Positions 55,342 through 64,000 of a stretch of DNA of 64,000 nucleotides are shown in pieces (position 1 is the stretch's first letter; each line of letters begins with the position of its first letter). The translations under genes were made by a program, and so were the position numbers. The notes below the pieces were generated by a model. The model was not told the DNA's origin, searched no databases, and was given only the letters and a program-made list of their open reading frames with translations. Source of the DNA: Fidelibacterota bacterium (GTDB taxonomy: Bacteria; Fidelibacterota; Fidelibacteria; Fidelibacterales; DSDE01); assembly GCA_046735395.1 (NCBI GenBank), contig JBJKQR010000012.1, forward strand, positions 174,599 to 238,598. Reading direction: 5' to 3'.

Positions 55342-56777
55342 TGGCAAACAGCGATATTAAGCAGCTCGGATCCCACACGGTCATTTACGGCGCAGGCTAT
55401 GTTCTGACCCGCATGATACCTTTTTTTCTGCTGCCCTTTTATTCCTACCATATCAATCTGGCGGATTATGGGGTCGTTCAGTTGATTTATGCCGCCATCG
55501 GTTTTATGAATATCATTTTTCATTATGGCCTGGACAGCGCCTATCTGCGCTTTTTTGTAAAGGAGGATTCGGAGTACGGCCCGCGGGAAGTGCTGACGCA
55601 TACCTTTGTATCCTTATTAGTGACCGGAGCCGTGCTGACGGTTCTCATTTACAAGGCCGCAGCGCCTGTTTCGAATCTGTTGCTGGGAGACCCGAAATAC
55701 GCCCTGTACATCCGGTATTCAGCCCTCATTCTCATGGCGGATAATCTGTTTATTATTCCTCTGCATTATCTGCGGATGGTGAACCGGCCGCTTATGTTCA
55801 ATATCATCAACATTATCAATGTAAGTGTGAATTTCTCGCTGAATATTTATTTCATTCATTTCCGTCATGGTGGCCTGGAGTCCATTTTTCTGTCAAATCT
55901 CCTGGCATCACTCACCACTTTGATTCTCGTTTCTCCGGTTTTAGTGAAAAATTTCAGCCCGCGCTTCATTCCATCGCTGTGGAAGCAGCTGCTCATCTTC
56001 GGCCTGCCCTTCGTTCCGGGTGGACTGGCATCCATGGTCCTGGAAATCATCGGCCGCTACATGCTGCAGTGGCTGACGGACAAGGAAACAGTGGGACTCT
56101 ATTCTGCCGGCTACAAGCTGGGAATTTTCATGCTGGTGATTATCACGGCCTACAAGTTTGCCTGGCAGCCCTTTTTTCTCAACAAGGGCAAGGATGCCGA
56201 CGCGCCCCAGACCTTTGCCCGCATCATGACTTTCTTTCTCTATGTGCTGTTCGGCTCTTTTCTGGCCGTCACATTCTTTATCCACGATCTTGTTACCTTT
56301 CAGATGTTCGGCCTGAGTTTTCTTAAGGAAAGCTACTGGGCCGCGCTTCCGGTGGTTCCCGTCATTCTGGCGGCCTATATCTTTCTCGGGATATATATGA
56401 ACCTCCTGCCGGCCATCTACTTTACGGAGAAAACCTGGGTCATTCCCATTTTCAGCGGATCGGCGGCAGCCATCAATGTGGCGGCGAACTATTTTCTCAT
56501 TCCCGTTCTCGGCATGATGGGCGCGGCCTGGGCGACCTTCATCGCCTATCTGTGGATGGCGGGCATCACCTGGTTTGTGACCCGGAAATGGTATCCCATT
56601 CCCTATGAATGGAAGCGTATTGCCGAGCTGCTGGGTACGGCTCTGGTTTCCGGAGCGCTCTTTCTGTATTTTCCTCAGATCATTCTCATAAAACTGTTCG
56701 CTTTGACGTTTTTCGTCGTGGTTCCCATTTATACCGGTGTCATCAAACTGCCGGTATCCATGTTCCGAAGGAGCTGA
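55341..56777 (+). CDS. Wzx-type oligosaccharide flippase
   Basis: About 12-14 TM segments; TVIYG, FFLLPFYS, DYG, VGLYSAGYKLG, LIP.LGMMGAAWAT. Confidence 0.88.
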   Translation: MANSDIKQLGSHTVIYGAGYVLTRMIPFFLLPFYSYHINLADYGVVQLIYAAIGFMNIIFHYGLDSAYLRFFVKEDSEYGPREVLTHTFVSLLVTGAVLTVLIYKAAAPVSNLLLGDPKYALYIRYSALILMADNLFIIPLHYLRMVNRPLMFNIINIINVSVNFSLNIYFIHFRHGGLESIFLSNLLASLTTLILVSPVLVKNFSPRFIPSLWKQLLIFGLPFVPGGLASMVLEIIGRYMLQWLTDKETVGLYSAGYKLGIFMLVIITAYKFAWQPFFLNKGKDADAPQTFARIMTFFLYVLFGSFLAVTFFIHDLVTFQMFGLSFLKESYWAALPVVPVILAAYIFLGIYMNLLPAIYFTEKTWVIPIFSGSAAAINVAANYFLIPVLGMMGAAWATFIAYLWMAGITWFVTRKWYPIPYEWKRIAELLGTALVSGALFLYFPQIILIKLFALTFFVVVPIYTGVIKLPVSMFRRS

Positions 56778-56780
56778 TTT

Positions 56781-57926
56781 TTGCGTGTTCTCCATCTGAC
56801 CCTTTCTCATGATCCGCTGGATGACCGGATTTTCTACCGGGAAGGGCTGAGTCTGGTTGCCGCCGGCCATGAGCTGACCATCATCGGAACCGGTGATGAA
56901 GCCGGTGAATTCCGCAAGGACGGCATCCGCTGCCTGACCCTGCCCCGGGGACCGCTGCGCACCATGCTCAGATCTTTGAATGGTCTCCTGGAAAAGGAAA
57001 GCGCTGACATTGTGCATATTCACGAAATGCACACACTCGGCGCAGGCTGCCGCTTCCGGAAACGGACAGGCGCCCGCTTGATCTATGATGTTCACGAAGA
57101 TTTTCCGGAAATACTCCGGACTTTTTCCCGGCGTCCGCGCTGGCGACGTTTTCTGTCCTCCCGGCTAATTGCCCTCTACGAACACGTCCGAGCCAGGTGT
57201 TGTGACGCTGTCATTGCGGTTACGCCGCAGCTGAATCACAAATTTTCCTATCTGAAAGTACCTGTCGTGGAAGTCCGCAATTATCCGACAGATCATCCGA
57301 ATTCACCGATTGCGGGCATCCGGAAGGAAATTCGGGAACTGAGCCGGGATCGCTTTACCCTTGTCTATGCGGGACAGATTTCCGGAAAACGACGGCTTGA
57401 CCTGGCTGTGGAAACCGTCCGGCTGCTGAGTGAAGAGCATGCAGTTCCGTCTGTATTTATTGCGGTCGGCACGGGTGACCGGGATGATGTGGAGGAATTC
57501 AAGGCCCTCTGTGACAGCTCCGGCACCAGTTATTATTATCCCCCCGTGCTGCATGAAGAGGTGAAATCCATTCTGGAAAGCGCCGATATGGGTTGGATAG
57601 TGCTGCCGCCCTATAAAAATTTTGTGAACGCCCTGCCCAATAAAAGTTACGAGTACCTGCAGGCCGGACTGCCCTTTATCGCGTCGGATCTTCCGCTGCT
57701 GCGGGAGGCTGTCCATGATCACGGCGCCGGGCTGATCGTGGCAGATCTGAATCCGGCGGCCATTGCCGCAGCCCTGGCGGATCTGCTGAGCAGAGATCCG
57801 GGCCTGAAGAACCTGAAATCCACAGCTGAGGATATTTTCAGCCGTTATTACCGCTGGGAAAGTCAGGAATCGAAACTGCTGGAATTATACGAATCTCTTG
57901 AAAATAGCAGGAGGGAAGCGGAATGA
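56781..57926 (+). CDS. glycosyltransferase family 4
   Basis: DDRIFYREGLSL, IYDVHE, RNYP, VYAG, PNKSYEYLQAGLP. Confidence 0.9.
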   Translation: MRVLHLTLSHDPLDDRIFYREGLSLVAAGHELTIIGTGDEAGEFRKDGIRCLTLPRGPLRTMLRSLNGLLEKESADIVHIHEMHTLGAGCRFRKRTGARLIYDVHEDFPEILRTFSRRPRWRRFLSSRLIALYEHVRARCCDAVIAVTPQLNHKFSYLKVPVVEVRNYPTDHPNSPIAGIRKEIRELSRDRFTLVYAGQISGKRRLDLAVETVRLLSEEHAVPSVFIAVGTGDRDDVEEFKALCDSSGTSYYYPPVLHEEVKSILESADMGWIVLPPYKNFVNALPNKSYEYLQAGLPFIASDLPLLREAVHDHGAGLIVADLNPAAIAAALADLLSRDPGLKNLKSTAEDIFSRYYRWESQESKLLELYESLENSRREAE

Positions 57927-58546
57927 CCCGGTTTTTACGACTTTTTATCATAGTCGCCACATTTATAGGAATATCTGTTTCTGTCCGGGCTGAGGATGCG
58001 CTCATCCTGAAACGCGTGAACATGACTCTGAAGGGCCAGCTGCAGTCTCTGTGTTTTCAGGCCGGGAACGTGGAAATGGTGATCGATCCCTATGGACATA
58101 TTCTGGGCCTGTATCTGTCGACGACAGAGGATTTCAATCTGGAACAGCGCATCAGCGGAAACAACCGGATTGAAACTATCAACGGCCAGAGTCTGGACTA
58201 CCGCTATCTGGAAAACGGAGATCTGAGAAGCATCGGAAATATCAATGTGGTATTCGATCCTTTTTATCCGGATATCCTGGAATCTGTGGGGCGCTGGAAA
58301 TTTTCGTACTATTTCATCGGTGACAAACCTTCGAAAATCCACAAAGCCGCCTCCATCGAATTCATATACCGTTTTCCGGATGACCGGGTGGAGGAGATCG
58401 GCGGCGCTTCCTTTGAGTATTCGCTCATGTACGATGAATGGCTGTCCGGGATGCAGGGCCGGATCACCTATGATTCGGATGTGGAAATCCATGTGGACAC
58501 GCGCCTGCCCGGTTATATCCCTGCTGAGTCTGACAGTCTGCGTTAG
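57923..58546 (+). CDS. hypothetical exported protein with about 18-aa repeats
   Basis: Signal peptide; ATGA overlap with the GT4 gene; repeated (I/L/V)xx(I/V)Gxxx(F/L/V)xY units. Confidence 0.7.
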   Translation: MTRFLRLFIIVATFIGISVSVRAEDALILKRVNMTLKGQLQSLCFQAGNVEMVIDPYGHILGLYLSTTEDFNLEQRISGNNRIETINGQSLDYRYLENGDLRSIGNINVVFDPFYPDILESVGRWKFSYYFIGDKPSKIHKAASIEFIYRFPDDRVEEIGGASFEYSLMYDEWLSGMQGRITYDSDVEIHVDTRLPGYIPAESDSLR

Positions 58547-58633
58547 GCTGGAGAATATTCTTCCAAAAAATAACTAAATATTTTCCCATTTCTATAAAGT
58601 AACAGAATTTCAGAATTATTAAGATAATAACGC

Positions 58634-58662
58634 TTGACGATAATAACGGAATACGTTATTAT
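58634..58662 (+). promoter_or_regulatory. higBA promoter with overlapping palindromic operator
   Basis: TTGACG-17 bp-TATTAT; inverted repeat TAATAACG-N5-CGTTATTA at 58641-58661; an extra half-site just upstream of the -35. Confidence 0.75.
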
Positions 58663-58670
58663 TTCAAGGG

Positions 58671-58952
58671 ATGATAAAAAGTTATGCGACAAAAGAAACA
58701 CGAAAAATATTTGAAGGAATTTATTCGGGGAAATATCCGAACGATATCCAGCGATCAGCCCGGCGAAAACTATTTTTATTGGATGCTGCAGATGAATTGC
58801 AGGATTTGAGGATTCCCCACAGAAATCATCTGGAGAAGCTGACAGGAGACAGGGATGGTCAATACAGTATCAGGATAAATGATCAATGGCGCATCTGTTT
58901 CATCTGGGAAAACGGCAACGCGGTGAAGGTTGAAATCACAGATTATCTTTAA
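58671..58952 (+). CDS. higB: HigB-type toxin (RelE/ParE superfamily)
   Basis: MIKSY, ARRKL..LDAA..LQDLR.P, LEKLTGDRDGQYSIRINDQWRICF.W, VEITDY. Confidence 0.92.
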   Translation: MIKSYATKETRKIFEGIYSGKYPNDIQRSARRKLFLLDAADELQDLRIPHRNHLEKLTGDRDGQYSIRINDQWRICFIWENGNAVKVEITDYL

Positions 58953-58962
58953 GGGAAAAATA

Positions 58963-59265
58963 ATGAAAACAAATAAAATAGGTCCGATTCATCCTGGGGA
59001 AATATTACTTGAGGAATTTATTAAACCCATGGGACTGAGTCAGTATCGAATTGCAAAAGACCTGCTGGTGCCGCCGCGAAGGATCAATGAGATTGTCCAT
59101 GGTATTCGCTCCATTACCCCTGACACTGCTTTACGACTGTCCAAATATTTCGGACTTTCCGACCGGTACTGGTTAAATCTTCAGGCGCTGTATGATCTGG
59201 AAATTGAGCGGGAACGGATCGCATCCGTATTGGAGACGAAAATCCCTGTTTATTCCAATGGCTGA
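58963..59265 (+). CDS. higA: HigA antitoxin (XRE HTH)
   Basis: PIHPGEILLEEFIKPMGLSQYRIAK, RRINEIVHG.RSITPDTALRL, WLNLQ..YDL. Confidence 0.94.
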   Translation: MKTNKIGPIHPGEILLEEFIKPMGLSQYRIAKDLLVPPRRINEIVHGIRSITPDTALRLSKYFGLSDRYWLNLQALYDLEIERERIASVLETKIPVYSNG

Positions 59266-59369
59266 GACTCATCAGCGGATTCTGATTTTATACCGGTCTG
59301 TACAGCATTCAACAACAGCAATCTTCCGGAGATCGCAGACAGTATATCAAAATTATTCCTTAAAACTTT

Positions 59370-59397
59370 TTGACAAATGAGCTGTGCCGTGTATATT
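59370..59397 (+). promoter_or_regulatory. candidate sigma70 promoter of the M16 peptidase gene
   Basis: TTGACA-16 bp-TATATT. Confidence 0.45.
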
Positions 59398-59457
59398 ACG
59401 CAGGGGTTTTACCTGAATAATTATGAATCTGAATAATAACAAGTACGGGGGCATAAA

Positions 59458-62445
59458 ATGGGAACGAAAAAAGTTTTTACCTTGTTCGTCTTATGCACGA
59501 TGATGATTGCTTCTTCGTGTCAGAAGGACAAATATAAAGTCGGGTCGGTGTATTCCGGATTCCGGCTGACGGAGAAGCGTTTTGTGGAGGAAGTGAACGC
59601 GGATGTGTATTACTTCGAACATATCAAAAGCGGCGCTCATCTGCTGAAGATCGCCGCGGATGATGCCAACAAGACCTTTTCCATCGGGTTCAAGACACCG
59701 CCCCAATCGGATTGCGGTACGCCCCACATCATGGAACATTCGGTGCTGAACGGATCGAAGAATTTTCCGGTGAAGAGCCCCTTTGATGTTCTGGCAAAAG
59801 GATCCTTGAATACATTCCTGAATGCCATGACCGGCAGCGATCTGACTGTATACCCGGTGGCGAGTATGAATGACAAGGATTATTTCAATCTCATGCATGT
59901 CTATCTGGATGCCGTTTTCAATCCGCTGATTTACAGTGATGAACGGATTTTCAAGCAGGAGGGATGGCATCATGAGCTGGTGGCGAAGGATGATCCGGTC
60001 AGCTACAAGGGCGTGGTATACAATGAGATGAAGGGTGCTTTCTCGAATCCTCTCAGAGAAATGGAATACATCGCGGACAAGAATCTCTTTCCGGACAACT
60101 GTTACCAGTATTCGTCCGGCGGATATCCGGAAACCATTCCCCAGCTGACCTATGAACAGTTTCTGGATTTTCACCGCAAATATTATCATCCGTCCAATTC
60201 CTACATCTTTCTCTACGGTGACGCGGAAGCGGATTCGGAACTGGCCTTCATTGACGCCAATTATCTGTCCCATTATAAGAAATCGGAAGATATTCCGGTT
60301 ATAAAAATGCAGAAACCTTTTACGGAGATGAAGCGGGTCAGCGCCTTTTATCCGCTGCCGGAAGGTTCAGATACGAAAGATCAGACGTTTATCTCGCTGA
60401 GCTGGGTGATCGGCGAGGGGAAGAATCAGGCTCTGGACATGGCCCTGGACGTCCTGTCGGATGCTCTGGTCAATCACGAATCGGGCCCGGTGCGTCTGGC
60501 TCTGCAGGAGGCGGGCCTGGGACGCGATGTGACAGCCTCTAATGACGAACTGAAACAGAATGTATTTAAAATACGGATAAAGAACGCGAATCCGGCCGAT
60601 ACGGACGCCTTTTATAATGTTGTGATAAAGGCGCTGAATGAAACCGTGGCCAAGGGAATCGACAAGAATATCATCAAGGGAATCATCAACCGGAAGGAAT
60701 TCCGTCTGCGTGAAGGAAATGACGCGCAGAAGGGGATGGCGCTGCTGTTCCGGTCTCTCGGCGGCTGGTGGTACGGTAATGATCCCTTTCTCGGGCTTGA
60801 GTGGGAAAAACCGCTGAAAAAGGCGAAAACCGCCCTGGATACGACCGCGCTTGAAGACCTGATTCAACATCAGCTCATAGATAATCCCCATGCGCTGCTG
60901 CTGACCATGGAGCCAAAACCGGGCCTGGAAACGGAACGGAAGGAGCGGATACAGGCCGAATGCGATGCCTACAAGGCTTCTCTCAATTCCGATGACATCA
61001 CTGCTCTGGTGAAGGATACACAGGATCTGATCGATTATCAGAAACAGGAGGATTCGAAGGACGCGCTGGCAACCATTCCCATGCTGGAACTGAAGGATAT
61101 CAATCCGGTGGCCCAATGGTATCCCGTCAGCGAGGAATCGGTGGCCGGTGTCCGGGAACTCGTTTATCCTGTCTTCACCAACCATATCGTCTACACAACG
61201 CTGCTTTTCAACGCCCAGGTTCTGCCCCAGGACCTTATTCCCTATGCATCGCTGCTGACCAATCTGCTGGGCAGCATGAATACGGACAGCTTATCCTTCG
61301 GTGAACTGGATAACGAATTGAATATCAACACGGGCGGATTCAATACCTATCTCACTGCTTACCTGAAATCCCGGGACGACGACAAAATGATGCCCAAGTT
61401 CAGCGTCTATTCCAAGGCCATGAGTGAAAACACAGGCAGGATGTATGAACTGATGGGAGACATCGTCAATCATTCCGCATTGGATGACAGTGACCGGCTG
61501 AAAACACTGCTGACCCGGCATCAGTCCCGTCTCGAATCCAGTGTGAGGAACAACGGCATGGGCATGGCCCGAACCCGACTGGAATCCTATTACTCGAATT
61601 CGGGTATGTTCGATGAATTGACCTCCGGAATCTCGTATTACTGGTTTGTGACCGATCTGATGAATCATTTCGATGAAAATTCTGCTCAGGTCATTGCGAA
61701 GCTTCAGCAGACCTCTGATCTGCTGTTCAACAAGGCGAATCTGATCGCGACGGTGGTCTGCGGTGAGGATGATCTTCCTGGCTGCAATACGGCTCTGGAA
61801 GGATTCATTGCTGCCCTGCCCGATGCGACGCCCGATCCGCAGACATGGAGCTTTGATGAGGAAGTGAAGAATGAGGGTTTTCTGACGGCCTCCAAGGTTC
61901 AGTATGTCATGAAAGGCTATGATTTCAAGAAACTCGGCTATGAATGGAATGGAAAAATCAGGGTGCTGAACCAGATACTGTCACGTGAATGGCTGAATAA
62001 TCAGATCCGGGTTGTGGGCGGCGCCTATGGCGGTTTTTCCGGATTTTCCTCCAATGGGCTGGCCTATTTCGGTTCCTATCGGGACCCGAACCTGAAATCC
62101 ACACTGGAAAATATTGACGGATCTCCCGAGTTTCTCAGCAGCTTCGAACCGGATGAAAGCGAGATGACCCGCTTTATCATCGGAACCATTTCACGGATGG
62201 ATCGCCCGCTGACTCCTGCCGGCATGGGGCAGATCGCTGTTTCCAGAGCCTTGGAGGAGATCAGTCATGAGCAGATCCAGACTGAACGGGATGAGGTTCT
62301 GGCCGCTACGGCAGAGGATATCCGCGCCATGAGTCCCTTCGTTCGCGATATTCTTGCAAAAGACGCCATCTGTGTCTACGGCAACGAGGAAAAGATCAAT
62401 TCCCGGAAAGATCTGTTTAAAAAGGTTTTACATATCGAAAAATAA
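59458..62445 (+). CDS. M16C (presequence protease/insulinase-like) zinc metallopeptidase with lipoprotein-like signal
   Basis: HIMEH inverted zinc motif, TFLNAMT, FKQEGWH, KGVVYNEMKG, YHPSN, IRVVGGAYG, SYRDPN; N-terminus ...MMIASS|C. Confidence 0.93.
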   Translation: MGTKKVFTLFVLCTMMIASSCQKDKYKVGSVYSGFRLTEKRFVEEVNADVYYFEHIKSGAHLLKIAADDANKTFSIGFKTPPQSDCGTPHIMEHSVLNGSKNFPVKSPFDVLAKGSLNTFLNAMTGSDLTVYPVASMNDKDYFNLMHVYLDAVFNPLIYSDERIFKQEGWHHELVAKDDPVSYKGVVYNEMKGAFSNPLREMEYIADKNLFPDNCYQYSSGGYPETIPQLTYEQFLDFHRKYYHPSNSYIFLYGDAEADSELAFIDANYLSHYKKSEDIPVIKMQKPFTEMKRVSAFYPLPEGSDTKDQTFISLSWVIGEGKNQALDMALDVLSDALVNHESGPVRLALQEAGLGRDVTASNDELKQNVFKIRIKNANPADTDAFYNVVIKALNETVAKGIDKNIIKGIINRKEFRLREGNDAQKGMALLFRSLGGWWYGNDPFLGLEWEKPLKKAKTALDTTALEDLIQHQLIDNPHALLLTMEPKPGLETERKERIQAECDAYKASLNSDDITALVKDTQDLIDYQKQEDSKDALATIPMLELKDINPVAQWYPVSEESVAGVRELVYPVFTNHIVYTTLLFNAQVLPQDLIPYASLLTNLLGSMNTDSLSFGELDNELNINTGGFNTYLTAYLKSRDDDKMMPKFSVYSKAMSENTGRMYELMGDIVNHSALDDSDRLKTLLTRHQSRLESSVRNNGMGMARTRLESYYSNSGMFDELTSGISYYWFVTDLMNHFDENSAQVIAKLQQTSDLLFNKANLIATVVCGEDDLPGCNTALEGFIAALPDATPDPQTWSFDEEVKNEGFLTASKVQYVMKGYDFKKLGYEWNGKIRVLNQILSREWLNNQIRVVGGAYGGFSGFSSNGLAYFGSYRDPNLKSTLENIDGSPEFLSSFEPDESEMTRFIIGTISRMDRPLTPAGMGQIAVSRALEEISHEQIQTERDEVLAATAEDIRAMSPFVRDILAKDAICVYGNEEKINSRKDLFKKVLHIEK

Positions 62446-62636
62446 GGATGTTTGGCCCGTCTCAACCTTCCTTCGCGACTATCCTGCGGCTTTGTATCGC
62501 GTCGGCAGGGTAATGAACAGGGTCTGAACCTCAATTTACCCGGAACGGGTTTCCACCTGTAAGGAGTCTTTTTATAAAGTTGAAAAAACTGAAATCTATA
62601 CTGCGATGTCTGTGATTTCAGTCGTATATTTAGCCC

Positions 62637-64000
62637 ATGATTAAACGGTTAAACGTGTTTTTCATATTCGTACTGCTTACGATGATGAGTACGGCGCAGG
62701 GACTCGGCGCAGACGGCCAGACTGTTGTGGACAGTCTTCTGAAAATGCTGCCTGTCGCGGATACGGAGACGCAGGTTCAGCTGCATCTGGACATTTCCAG
62801 GGAATATTCCAAGACGAATTTTCAGGAGGCGCTGACTCACGCGCAGGAAGCTCTGAACATATCAGAGAATATTGCCCGGGAATCATTGATCTATCAAAGT
62901 TATTTCCGCATTGCCATGGCATATTATTTTCATGAAAGTTATGATACGGCCCGGCAGTATCTGCAGAAATCACTGGATCTGAGCAGCAGGGTGGAAGCCT
63001 ATGACTTCACTTCAGAAATTCTGCTGTATATCGGACACTGTATGCTGATGGGGGAAAATAACGAGGAACAGGCCCTTGGCTATTACCGGAAAGCCATTAA
63101 TATTGCCCGTTTTTCAAACAATTACCGGATTCTCGGCGGGGCCTACTCGTCTGCGGGGAATCTGTTCCGTGTCAACGGGGGCTATGATAAAGCGCTCAAA
63201 TATATTCTGGAGGCACGAGAATATTACTATAAAGCGGGATTTGAGGATGGATCTGCCTGGATATCCTACCTTCTTGGCCTGCTCTACGAAAACATGCATC
63301 TGTATTCGGACGCGGAAAAAAATTATCTGATCGCTGTGGATAACTATCGTAGACTGGCGGAACGGGATGGTGTCTATAACGGAGTTTCCATGGCCCTTGA
63401 ACGCCTGTCCGAGCTGGAGAGTACGCAGAAGAATTATGCCGCCGCGACCCGGTACAACCAGCAGGCCATGGAAAGTTACGGGAAAAATGACCGGAAATAC
63501 GGCATGGCCGGTTGTTATCGAAATATGGCTGAGATCGAATATTTCAAGGCGAATTACGATTCGGCCAAAGTTTTTCTGGATAAATCCATGGCGATCCAAC
63601 GGCAAATTAATATTCTGACGGGACTTCCCAATGCTTACCTGCTGTATGGAAAAATACTTTATGCAAAGGGCCACCTTAAAGCTGCCATTGACAGCCTGAA
63701 CAGAGGCCTTGATCTGGCGGAAAAAAAGAATCAGGTACAGCAGATCATTGACCTGAACAGGCTTCTGGCCAGTTATAATCAGAAAGTGGGAAATTTTCGC
63801 AGTGCCTATTCTCATCTGAACAGTCAGATAGCCCTCTCCGATTCCATCGCGGTTGCCCAGTCAGCCCGGAAAATGACGCAGATGCAGAATCTGGAGACGC
63901 TGGAGCTGAAGGACGTTCAGATCAGGGCGCTGGAACAGGAGAATACGATCAAAAGCCTGAACCTGGAAAAGGAACGCTTTGGGAAACAACGGGCAGGGAT
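62637..64000 (+). CDS. exported TPR-repeat protein, probably the sensor region of a membrane signalling protein (partial, runs off window)
   Basis: Missing from the ORF track (no stop codon). Read manually as open from ATG 62637: signal MIKRLNVFFIFVLLTMMSTAQG, VDSLL, several TPRs, then SDSI...ELKDVQIRALEQEN coiled coil, as in FCB TPR sensor kinases/regulators. Confidence 0.8.
   Translation, partial: MIKRLNVFFIFVLLTMMSTAQGLGADGQTVVDSLLKMLPVADTETQVQLHLDISREYSKTNFQEALTHAQEALNISENIARESLIYQSYFRIAMAYYFHESYDTARQYLQKSLDLSSRVEAYDFTSEILLYIGHCMLMGENNEEQALGYYRKAINIARFSNNYRILGGAYSSAGNLFRVNGGYDKALKYILEAREYYYKAGFEDGSAWISYLLGLLYENMHLYSDAEKNYLIAVDNYRRLAERDGVYNGVSMALERLSELESTQKNYAAATRYNQQAMESYGKNDRKYGMAGCYRNMAEIEYFKANYDSAKVFLDKSMAIQRQINILTGLPNAYLLYGKILYAKGHLKAAIDSLNRGLDLAEKKNQVQQIIDLNRLLASYNQKVGNFRSAYSHLNSQIALSDSIAVAQSARKMTQMQNLETLELKDVQIRALEQENTIKSLNLEKERFGKQRAG

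Noticed and set aside
62446..62636. ncRNA (6S/SRP-like) between the peptidase and TPR genes
   Set aside because: Only imperfect hairpins (GGGTAA...TTACCC); no SRP core motif or convincing 6S rod by eye; needs cmscan.

Overview
Mostly housekeeping chromosome (about 50% GC by eye) from a diderm bacterium, probably FCB superphylum. Gene order and protein style suggest a Marinimicrobia/Calditrichota/Ignavibacteria-like organism; this is inference, no search was run. Layout: (i) 1-4.4 kb: two multiheme c-type cytochromes, then six consecutive type IV (pseudo)pilin genes behind a candidate sigma54 promoter with two enhancer-like TGT-N11-ACA boxes. (ii) 4.5-12.3 kb: Na+/proline symporter, a 905-aa membrane-spanning propeller/Y_Y_Y/AraC regulator, a repeat-mosaic spacer, slyD and a TonB-receptor-like barrel. 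(iii) 12.5-38.1 kb: a long + strand run, yicC-gmk-rpoZ-coaBC-udg-dnaB-rel-HU-ruvX-lnt-(2 hypotheticals)-ecfT-truA-htrA-purB-psd-pssA-purS-purQ-DUF4321-tatA-gatA-batABCDE-SPOR-TPR. (iv) 38.3-50.5 kb: a - strand run, ruvB-queA-ispD-ispF-dedA-gltX-ispE-tRNA-Gln-prs-rplY-pth-hppA-rpsF-ssb-rpsR-rplI. (v) 50.8-64 kb: GH57-glgA-GNAT-wzx-GT4-repeat protein, a higBA module whose toxin lacks the terminal His, a lipoprotein-type M16C peptidase and a partial TPR sensor protein. No CRISPR array, rRNA, transposase or prophage was seen. The best candidate for an undescribed system is the cytochrome plus pilin locus.
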